Origin: Mytilus californianus
Lineage: Eukaryota
Reading direction: 5' to 3'
DNA length: 64,000 nt
Assembly (NCBI RefSeq): GCF_021869535.1
Contig: NW_026262712.1
Coordinates: 52,886,001-52,950,000, forward strand
Shown here: positions 27,838 to 39,261 of the stretch, piece after piece
How the letters are laid out: every line of letters begins with the position of its first letter
How positions within the stretch are numbered: the stretch's first letter is position 1
Program-made: the position numbers and the translations under genes
Notes under the pieces: generated by a model
What the model was told of the DNA's origin: nothing
What the model saw: only the letters and a program-made list of their open reading frames with translations
The model's database searches: none

Positions 27838-30412
27838 AAGACTAAAAGATTCCGTATGATTTTCTGGATTGAATTCTACTCATGAAGGTGTTTTGGGAAT
27901 TAACAAGATCGTGTACCGTTTATATCGTTGCAGGGTAAAATCTACTGAGAACTACCAACTGAGTATTGGACGGCACAATTTTATAAACCCAATTCATCCT
28001 ATATAGAAAATGTTCTTTCACTGAATAATGAATAATACATATTTTGTTCGTTGGACTCGGTGAAAATCATATCTCTGGGGTTGGTAATCATTGTATCAAC
28101 CTGGTCAAAAGTCCATAATTGTATAGTATCGTCCTGCATACGCAGTTTATATAAGCAGCTTGACGTTAAAAAAAATCTGTAGACATCAATCAATCATAAA
28201 ATATATCCATATACGATTATAAGGATTCATAAAGATGTGTATTTATAGAAAATAGAAATAAGCATACTAGTAGTATAAAGTAAGTGCAATGTTCATATAC
28301 CCCGGCTCCTAAATTCCCAGTTGGTGTGCTCAGTTTAAAACGTTTTCTTACCTTCATCACAAAATTAAAGTAAGTACGATTTTGAAAATAAAGGAAAAAG
28401 TAAAATAACAAAAAGTACCGAACTCCGAAGAAAATTCAAAACGGAAAGTCCCTAATCAAATGGCAAAATCAAAAGCTCAAACACATCAAACGAATGGATA
28501 ACAACTGTCATATTCCTGAATTGGTACAGGCATTTTCATGTAGAAAATGGTGGCTTAAACCTGGTTTTATAGCTGGCTAAACCTCTCACTTGTATGGAAT
28601 CAAGAGAACATGTTCATTATCAGTGCTGTTACATTATAGATAAGACTACTCGTTCAAAAAGATATTGGATTTGTATAATTTGATAAGATTTGAAATGATT
28701 TCATACCATTTTGTATGTAATGTAAAGAAATATTTTAATTTTAAAAATAAAATTATGACAATATTTGATATGCATGACGCAGGGGACACAGATATATTTT
28801 TGATTGATATACAGTTAACAATTTTGACTTTCTTCGTAGAAAAAATACATTTCGTTGAATCTTGATTTTAAGTGGAAATATTTTATTTTATAAAAATGTG
28901 AAATTTTGAATCACAAGGATAGATAAGACCACATTCGAATGTAAGAGTATTAAACCTACGAGTTGATGTCGTCTAGATCATATTTTAGTCTCTGATGCAT
29001 GATTGTTTATTATTAATTGTGTTTTGCTTTTCACTAGCTTTCAGTAACTGCGTGTACTCTCAAATCGTACTTTCGTGTTAATTTGACCTGTTGATACAAT
29101 GTGTAATGCATTTTTGTTATTTTTGTTATTTAATGTTTACTTATTTAGTGTTATATCTCGTCTCTTTATTTTTTATATTATATACCAGCAAGTGTTTGGT
29201 ATGAATATAAATTTTCACTTCTGTTTTCTTACTATGAATAACAAAATTATTTATTTTGTAAAACAATATTTCCGTACTCCATGACTGTATATCTTACAAC
29301 AAAATTATTTTTATTTACCTGTGTACGTTATTTTTTTTGGCGGCATTTTGTCCAAGGTTATGCTTGTCTTTCTGACATTGTTTAACATCTCACCCCTTAT
29401 TTTATTTATTTTGTATTTACATTGTGTCATAGATCAGATTTATTCGTTCAGTGTATGTTCACTTGTTTGTTAATTATATGTCTTTTGATTGAGTAAAGCC
29501 ATTTCAATTGATATTTATTAGTGTGTCTTTCTATGTTGTGATGTTACACTATTGTTTCAGGTTAGTACCTATTAAAACGTTTAAACCCGCTGTTTTTGTT
29601 TGGACCTGTCCTAAGTCAGGAATCTGATGTTCAATGGTTGTCTTTTGTTGATGTGGTGCATACGTGTTTCTCGTTTCTCGTGTTTTATATAGATTAGACC
29701 GTTGTTTTTCCTGTTTGAATGGTTTTATACTAGTCATTTTTAGGGCCCTTTATTGGTTGCTGTTCGGTGTGAGCCAAGGCTCCGTGTTGAAGACCGTACT
29801 TTGACCTATAATGGTTTACTTTTACAAATTGTGACTTGGATAGAGAGTTGTCTCATTGGCACTCATACAACATCTTCTTATATTATCAGTAATAGTATAT
29901 TTTAGTTGGTTTTCTTACATAATTGATTAAGGCTTTGAAACTTCTTTGATTAAAGGGAAAATTACAATGTAGTGTAAAATTACTTAAGTTTAATCCTTTA
30001 GCAGAACATTTTTCACAAATAGTGTCTATTATATCACAGAGAATTTGTTGGTAAGCAATTTGAAACTTTTTAATAGAGAACCTTAGGTTTTTGACGTACT
30101 TACAGCTATTTTCCTAATGCTTGTAGTGTAAAAGTTTTGTTGGCTTGCTTTGTTTGTATGAATGTTTGCTCAAGTGTTGTAATTAAGATTGAAATCTGCA
30201 AATACTATAAATAGGCAGAGTAAGACCTGTCAATCAAATGATCAAATCTAACGATAATGTATGCAGGTTTAACACCGCCTATTTATAGTGTTTGCAGATG
30301 TCAATCTTAATTACAAACGTTTACACCAATAAAGCAAGCAAGCCAACCAAAGTCTTATTCTACAAGCTTTAGGAAATAAGCTCTAAACGTAATGTATCTT
30401 CTGCTGGTGAAC

Positions 30413-30655
30413 TATCAGTCCCCGAGGGTATCATTCAGCTCAGTAGTCAGTACTTCGGTACTGACATGATTTATAACAAATTTCTAAAATTGTCCGTTTA
30501 TAAATTTCGAAATTATTAAGAAACTAAGGTTTCAACTCTCTCAGGCAAAGTTGACCTTAGATGAATTTGGCTATTATTTTAGGTATTTTTGTCATAAAGC
30601 TCTTCAACTGTTTCGGTACTTATACATCTTCGGATTTCAAATGTTTTGCTTTAAA
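30413..30655 (+). mobile_element. Truncated copy of a repeat related to the hammerhead-bearing element at 61254-61550
   Basis: Shared architecture (cagtacttcggtactgacatga..ctaaggttt..caggcaaag.tgaccttag). It ends before any hammerhead core. Confidence 0.45.
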
Positions 30656-32848
30656 CAAAAATCGTAAAACGCCTAAGCTTGATCGTTGTAAAATTGTGTT
30701 TGTCTCCCTTTCTCATTATTTATTTTAAAATAGCGTGTTCTACGATGGAGAGAGTTTTCACTTATATTTGAATATACGAAAGTGCAAACTTTGTTCGCAG
30801 GGGATACAGGTATATTTCAAATGATATGCAGTTAACAATTTTTCCTATATTCGCAGAAAAAAAGTTTCTTGTCAACAAATTTGTCAATATAGCTTGACGC
30901 GTTAAAAGAGTATACTGGAATAGGAGTTTCTGGGCGTATTTCTTCAAAAACAGATAAAGTTGATCAACGTTAATAACACAAGTTCAGTAATATAAATAAA
31001 TATATACCTTTCGATTATTAAGCAATCAAAATACCCTGATTATTTGATTTTCAGATCGTTTTGGTTGATTATTTGATTGCCATTAAGTGTTTTTGTTGAT
31101 ATTTGTAAGATTACCAAACATGAGTTTTTTTTGTTTGTTTTTTTTTTTTGGTCTTATTGATAACTCAATTATTCTTTGTTAGAATGAATGATCTGTGTCA
31201 TGTGTGTGGAATTAGAAATAATCTGTCAAATCTATCAAGAAAAGCAGTTTGAAAACTTTAACCTAGGAAGTCTAATTATGGCAAGTGAAAATAGAACATC
31301 TCGCCGGCGGTGTGATAAATTTGCCATGTTTAAAATCCCTGGAAGGATGCATATTCAAGAGTGTCAACAAGGGTGTAACGAGCGGACGGACCAACGGACA
31401 GGCAGAAGGATTAAATCAAGCCTTGTGTCACTATTACCTTTTGAAGCATTGCTAAGGAAAGATAAGAGCTCGGAAAAAAAGAAAGTTGTCACGGGAGGAT
31501 AAACGGAATGAAAATATTGACTTTCAAGTACCGAACACGTTTGTGGTAAATTACTTTTTATATAAATGTGTTATTTTCTAATTCTTTTTTTATTTTATTC
31601 TCTCTTTTATGAATTCTCATGAATTCCAGTCCTACCTGTTTATTTCAAATTTATTCTAAGCCCCCTCCCCAAAATATCAAATGATTGTTGTCTAAGGTTT
31701 ATTCAAATAGATATGATTGTATATGGGAGAACCTTGTGTTTTTTGGCAAGCTTCGCGGGCCAGATTATGTTAATATAAGAAAATTTTGTGTTGAACATTA
31801 TCTAATGGCAAAATGTGGGCCATCTCTTTTTTTAACTCAAGTGCTGGCCAACAGTGAAATTAATTTCATTTCAGTCAAAATCAGGGCTAAATTATTTTCA
31901 TCTTAAAACCCCCAGATTTTGTTAATTGAATACGAACATCAGCATTACCCAATCAAATCCCGGATTTATGGCTTTCTAACTTTCGCCGAAATCAATATGT
32001 AATTGTACAAGGTTTGGATACCTTTCAAGATAACAAATGATAGCGCTTATCATACACCATCCTGTCACCTCTGTGTTAAAGTATCGGTAACGCAAATATG
32101 ACTAACACAAATGTGGTGTAAAATTCAGTATCCCAGCTACATAATAAAACAAAATACATGTTAGTACATTGTTTTGTTTCAATAATAGACGTGTATGAAT
32201 ACGATATTTTAATCTTAGACCCTAATTCTCCTGGAAACTTATTAGGTTGTCAATAAACTCCACAAGTAAGATAAAAGAATAACACTAAGGTTAAAGCAAA
32301 GCCACCTCTCAAATGTATTTGAAAGTAAACATTTATGTCAAATGATATACAATTATGTTCTTATTTCTGTTGTATGGCAATGCGTGAACTTTTGGGTTTA
32401 GTGTCCCCCTTTTTGGTATCTTCTAATTCTTTTTAATTTGTTTAATAATACTTTAAGATGCCTATATTGATTTTGTACCAAATGAGAGCTAACAAAAAAA
32501 TAAGTAATACGGTAATTTTACCATGATGCAAAGTAAAGGTATTGTTTACTGGTCTTTTGTTTCACAACATATTATGCGCGGGGAAAAAAAATCAAACCCG
32601 AATAGATAGATTAATCTATTATTTTACAATTTGGAATAAGAATTTAACTTTGTTTGCGTTTTTGGCAAACAATATAGTGTATGACTGTATTTAATCAATA
32701 TTGTAACAATATATGAACAGTTTGTCACTATAGAATTAACTATTCGCGTGTCTTTCCGTTTCAGTTCGTATGTTATTTCAATCAATCGATTGGAACAAAT
32801 TCTCCTGGATTTTTGTCTTTGAAGTGTACGTAGAAATGTAACAAAAAC

Positions 32849-35800
32849 ATGTTCTTGAGAAAATCTAGTTCAAGTCATATTTCGACTACTTTTTTACTAT
32901 TTACTATGGGAGAAGTTATTGGCAAAGAAATGTATAGCCGTTTGGAATTAAGACTTGATAGCAACACAGAGGCATTAGAAGACAACAATATCAAGTTGAA
33001 CAAGAATACCAAAAGCATAAACCGTAATGCTAAAATACTGGAAGATATTCTAAAATTCCTTAAAGGTACGGCTTAATCTATTGAAGAATATCATGTCGTG
33101 AGGGTAAAAAATCGGCATCATATTTGTTAGGATCACAGGTCAACTTTGATGCTTGTAGACTATGAGGGGTAAGAGTTCAATAAGGCACCCCACCATACTA
33201 AAAGAACACAATAATGTATTACAGTTCATTCCGTTGGGGTGCAATATGAAACTCTTTCCCATAAACTATCTTATTGTACTTAATATTATCAATATAATCT
33301 AAGGTTGCAACTCTATCAGGCAAATTTTACTTTATGTAGTTTTTGGCTAATCTGGTATTGATAGTTTTCATTCTGTGAAACGTTTGATATAGACAAGGAA
33401 GCACTTCTCATGATTTAGTTGATTATGATTAATCCCGCTGTAAATAGTTTGCCACATAAATATTATTTCATAATGATGTATTATCGATTTTATATCAGAA
33501 TTAGTATATGATTAAACGCCCTTTAAAAGGAATTTATTAGTGTTTAAACTGGACCAATTCACTCACAAACAAATAGAAGTCCGAAGGACTTTATGATTTG
33601 TTTGTGAGTGACTTGGTCCTGTTTATACACCAATAAATTCCTTTAAAAATGCGTTTAATCCTTTTATTTCTTTAAAATTGGAGATTAGGAATTTTAATTT
33701 CCCCACTCGTAACATCTATCACACGTAAATTGTATATTTGTGTCATTTAATTGGCCTTGTGTATGATTTATTTATTTGGTTAATGCATAAAAATGTACTC
33801 CATGAAATTTGCTATCTGATTAAAAGTAAACTACAAAAATATCTTATTATCATTCAAATGAATGTTTGTGTTTATTGTTTAATTTAACGATGAACGAGAA
33901 GTGAAAATAAATATTTTAAACGTCGAGCCGGTTTGTGTTACATGTATTATCGCCGCCATCTTGTTTACATTAGTTGCGAAAAGTAGTTCCGTCAACGTCG
34001 TCTATCGAAAAATAAATAACGTCAAGAGCCACTTCTGGGAGCCCTTTCTACCAATCATATAAACGTATTCCGTAATATGCAAATCATATAAGAATTATAA
34101 CAAATTACCTCACAAAACAACAAATGATATATACAATAAAAGGTTCTAATACAAAACTCCTCCAGTAGGGTAATCAGGTACATCAGCTAAAAATCGTCAT
34201 TTCGCAAGTAATTCGGTGAAAATTACTACAATTTAGGTAGTCCAGAACATACAGCCCATAATGTTTTGTTTATTTTTTACGAGCAGCTGCCTTACTCTAT
34301 CAAGTATCAAGATTTATGACTTTCTTGTATCTTATGTTTTGTAGTTTTTATTCTATTCAACGTTTTATATCTTTGTCATTCTACTTTCTCGTAGTTTGGT
34401 GTTCTGACCCTTTTAAGTGGTATTCTCTTAAAGTGGATTAACTGTATACCGCTATCTGTAAAATAGCAGTACTGTACACAATCGGTCTAGTTCTTTGCTT
34501 CAATCGGCAATTTTTTTTTTTTACAGAATATCGATTAATGTGTAAAATTGTTTATTCAATAAAAAATAGTGACTGTTTTACCAATACCGAATATTTGTTT
34601 TTGGTTGATTCAATTTTTCAAGTCATAATACTTTTCAACCATATAACGAAAATAACTTTTATAGTTTTGTTTTTATTAAGGAATGTTAATGAAGTTTTTA
34701 TTTTACTCTTTTAGAAAGAAAAAGTTCTATGACACCATTTTTTCTTATATAACTATCTATCTATCCCATTGATTTCTTTCACGAATACAATGTGTATGTG
34801 TCGAAAATCATTAGCGACATAACTTCGCAGTCTTAGATCTTTAGATACCAGAATAGTCATCTGTAATTTACCGATTATGTACATATTTCTGTGTCTGAAT
34901 TGACATGTCTGGTGATGCATGTATAGCAGGAGTCGTTTATTTTATCGAAGAAACTGGTCTCGGTTGTTTTAAGTTTATTAATTCCCTTTGTTTTCGTAAG
35001 TTTGTTACCTTAATTTGTAACAATTGTAATGAATTTATGAGATTTGAACATCGGTACACTACGGTTGCCCTCATGCATTCATGTTTACACACAAATATCA
35101 TTCTTCATTTGTAGATTCAAACCTGTCTTCTATAAAACAAGAAAAAACACTTCTGGAAGTGGCCCAAGGCAAACGAACATACCAAAGTTCAACACATGAC
35201 TCTATGTATGCTTCTAAATTTGCTGTCGACGGACGTTTGAATACAATTCAGCACACAAAGAAGCAACATTTTCCGTACTGGGTAGTAGATATTGGCACCA
35301 TATATAACATAGAACGAATCGAAATTTACAATGAACCAGACTGTTGTGGTAAGTCAATTCTTATAAACTTTTTGAAAAAAAAGTAATGGTTTTGTAAAAC
35401 TAAAGAAACAATTAAATAATTAAGAATTGAAATGTACCTTAATGATATTGAACTACTTTAAGCCCTACAAAAAGTTATCTTCAGTATGAATACTTATAAT
35501 GCAAGGCATTGTGTCACTGTTAGAGATTCTATACAATACAGAAACACTACTAAATATGAACAAGAATAGATTTGCTGTTCAAACACATGCATTTTCTTGC
35601 AACTTTTCACGGAACTAAATAAAAAAAACCTCATGCTTTGTATTTCCTACTACTTCATCTATTATATAAAAAATGACCGCCCCTCAAACGTAGACACGGA
35701 ATGTTAATGTTTAGTTCCAAAACTGACTAAATCGATAAATATTTGATAAAATTGAGAATGGAAATGGGGAATGTGTCAAAGAGACAACAATCCGACCAAA

Positions 35801-37676
35801 GAGCAGAAAACAGCCCAAGGCCACCAATGGGTCTTCAACTCAGCGAGACAATTCTGCAACCGGAGGCGGACTTCAGCTGGCCCCTAAACCAAAATGTGTA
35901 CTAGTTCAATGAAAATGGACGTCAAACTAAACTCCGAAACATATAGATTAACTAAAATTTAAAAAAGCATACAAGACTAACAAAAGCCAGAGGCTCCTTA
36001 CTTGAGACAGGCGCAAAAAAGCGCTGGGTTAAACATGTTTTGTGAGATCTCAACCTCCCCTATACCTCTAGCCAATGTAGAATAAACAAACACACAGCAA
36101 TACGCACAGTAAAACTCAATTTAAAGGAAGTCCGAGTTCGATGTCAAAATAGGTAACAGAAGAAACTAAGCAAAATGACAATGATACATAAATTAACAAA
36201 GAACTACTAGCAGTTACTGACATGCCAGCTCCAGACCTCAATTAAACTGATTGAAAGATTATGTCTTCATCATATGAAAATCAAGCATAATCACTTCCGT
36301 TAGGGGTTTAGTATCATACGATCATAAAATATATGAGAACAACATAACCAGTATTATGCCAACAACTGGTTTTAGAATAAATGTGTTTATGTTCGATGCA
36401 AAGACCTTATGAGTAAATTTAATATTAATTCCAAAAAATGCCATCTTTAATGACCTGACAACAGTATCGTAACTATATCCTTTCTGAATAAGTCTGTTAA
36501 AAGGTCTTTTTTTTTAGCTTTTGGGGTGAATGACGACATTGTTGTGCTTTGTAAAGAATATTACCATAAAATATAGGATGTGAAATGCCTGAACGTGTAA
36601 GATGTCTGCATGTTGATTTATATTTACGAATAATGTCCTCGTACCGATAATAAAATTTAGTAAATGTTTGACTAGTTTGTGATATCGAAAACCCTGGTGT
36701 AATAATTTTTCAGTAATACAGAGATTTCTTTTGTTAAAATCAAATACGTTGTTACATACACGAGCGAATCGAACAAGTTGAGATATATAAACACCATAAG
36801 ATGGTGACAAGGGAACGTCACCATCTAAAAATGGATAATTAACAATAGGAAATGAAAATATCATCTCTTTTGTCGTACATTTTGGTATAAAGCTTTCCGT
36901 TAAAGATATAGATATCAAGTTCCAGGAAAGGACAGTGTTCATTGTTAGTATTAGTTTTATTTAAAATCACTTCCGCAGGATAAATCTCTTTAGTGTACAT
37001 ACTGAAGTCGTCATTATTGAGAGCCAATATATCATCCAAATATCTAAAAGTGTTATTAAATATTTGTATCAAATGTTGTTTCGATGGGTCTTTACTGATT
37101 TTAGTCATAAATTGTAACTCATAACAATACAGAAATAGGTCCACAATAAGTGGTGCACAGTTAGTCCCCATTGGAATTCCGATAACTTGACGATATACGG
37201 AATCTCCATAGCGAACAAATGTTTTCTAGTAAAAATTCAAGTGCAGTCATCGTATCAAAGCAGGTCCAAATGTCATAGTTCTTAAGTTTATTTATAAATC
37301 AACTTTCAAGAAACAATAACGTGGAGCCTGTCTGACCTATAAGAAAATGTACGCTTTTGTATATTCACGTACAATGTTCATGGAAAACAAAGCTAAATAG
37401 TACTGGAGAGCAAAGAGATTTATAATACAATATAAATGTTTATATTCTAACTTTAATTGTTTTGTAGGAGAACGTCTTCGTGATTTAGATATCTTAATTG
37501 GACCGTACCATAATGCTATGAAATTATGTGCACACTATGCAGGGCCAAGTCATACAGGAGATCATCTTGTGTTTAAATGTGGTGGAATCTTACCAGGGAG
37601 ATATGTTAAACTTATGATGAGGAGAACAGAATATCTCCATGTAGCTGAAGTGAAAGTGTTTGCTAGGATAGAATGA
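32849..37676 (+). CDS. F-type lectin (fucolectin/FTP domain) with N-terminal coiled coil, 219 aa; exons 32849-33065, 35115-35348, 37468-37676
   Basis: Phase-1 GT..AG junctions give one frame of 660 nt. FTLD motifs: VAQGKRTYQSST, ASKFAVDG, HT..FPYWVVDIG, IEIYNEPDCCGERL, GRYVKL, YLHVAEVKVF. AATAAA at 37760-37765. The start codon and signal peptide are less certain than exons 2-3. Confidence 0.85.
35745..37250 (-). mobile_element. Penelope-like retroelement 3' fragment (RT at C-terminus, Naiad-like) in F-type lectin intron 2
   Basis: GIPMGTNCAPLIVDLFLYCYE, FRYLDDILALNN, KMYDKRDD, FPIVNYPFLDG, YGVYISQLVRFAR across frameshifted ORFs 36839-37171 and 36514-36942. No endonuclease follows the RT. Clade call is inference. 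Confidence 0.7.
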
Positions 37677-38295
37677 ATTGTTGTTTTCTTAATATCATTG
37701 TTATCATATTATTCTGATAAGAGTTTATATACGCACTAGAGTAATACATGTAAGAAAATAATAAAAAGGCATATCGTCTTCAAATTTAAAATTTAGGGCA
37801 TGTTTCACAACTTAATCATTGCTGTCGTGATGTATCAAGGTAAGAATTCTCGACCCAACTTAAAAAGGCTTTTAAATGGTTCCATTTTCCCGCATTTTAT
37901 TCTTAAAATGTTATGTACCAAGTCAGGAAAATGGCTATTGTTATCTTATTGTTAGTTTATGTGTGTGTTGCATTTTAGAGTTTCTGTTGTGTCTCCTCTT
38001 ATATTTAATGTGTTTCCCTCAGTTTTAGTTTGTAACCCGGATTTGTTTTTTCTCAATCGATTTATGAATTTCGAACAGCGGTATACTACAATATAATGTG
38101 AGTGACTGAGGATTATGAGATCTCCAGAGGTCATTGACGATCAAAACTGTAATCACCAATTTCATCACCTTACCAAGGCCACAACAAGAGACACCATCTT
38201 GAAAAATAATTGAAAAAATTACATTTTCGTAATCCAGGTTGTGCAAAGAGACTTTTAATTTAGCTCACACACTAGATAATACACATCCACATTGA

Positions 38296-39105
38296 GCTCA
38301 CGTTCGACAGAAAAGAGGGACGAAAGATACCAGAGGGACGGTCAAACTCATAGATCGAAAACAAACTGACAACGCCATGGCCAAAAATAAAAAGACAAAC
38401 AGACAAATAATAGTACAGATGACACAACATAGAAAACCAAAGACTAAGCAACACGAACCCCACCAAAATCTGGGGGTGATCTCAAGTGCTCCGGAAGGGT
38501 AAGCAGATCCTGCTCCACATGTGGCACCCGTCATGTTGCTTATGTTATTACAAATCCGGTAAATAGTCTAATTCGGTAAGTCACATTCGTGAAACGGGAG
38601 GGTATTGTAGTTACGACATAAGGAACATATCCGATATCATCTGTGAAACGGTTATTCCATAACGGTCAACCAACTCGTGATGGCGTCCGTAAAATTTACG
38701 AAGGGATGACTCCAACTTCACCATTTGGAACTCTTGGTTTAATAGCTTCCTTGTGAGCAGCAATCCTCTATCAAGGAAATCATGATAGGAAATACAAGCC
38801 CGGGAATATCGTATCAATTGGGAGATATATACTCCGTATGCAGGCGCTGCTGGAATGTTGCTACATAGAAATGGAAAGTTCACAATTGGGAAGCTTAAAT
38901 CATCTCTTTTGTCGTAAAGTTTTGTTTTCAATCGACCCTCATTGTCAATTTTTAGATGTAAGTCAAAATATGAGGCAGACTTAACTGTATCTGTAGTATC
39001 CTTTATCTCTTAGTTCGATGGGATAGATTCGTTCAACATAGTCACCAAATTTTGTATTATTTAGTGAGAGAACATCATCTATATAGCGGAACGTAGACAG
39101 AACTT
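38296..39105 (-). mobile_element. Second Penelope-like RT 3' fragment (different subfamily)
   Basis: FRYIDDVL (~39068-39090), KTKLYDKRDDLSFPIVNFPFLCSNIP, AYGVYISQLIRYSRAC, followed by a UTR-like repeat at 38296-38600. Confidence 0.7.
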
Positions 39106-39261
39106 TTTGGACCTTTTAATGCGTTTTTAACATTATTCCACGAGCATCTTTGTCATAGTCTTCTAAATTACTGAGTGGCAAAGTAACCTGTGTATAAACA
39201 TTTTTATTTATCATTAGTGCCTTTATTGACTTTTTAAAATATCCGCATAATTTCAATTTAA

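Noticed and set aside
36195-36300. SECIS or hammerhead-like structure in the PLE 3' UTR (minus strand ATGATGAAGAC..), prompted by selenoprotein-encoding Naiads in clams
   Set aside because: No convincing SECIS helix or hammerhead core could be paired, and I saw no in-frame TGA at Cys positions in either RT fragment.
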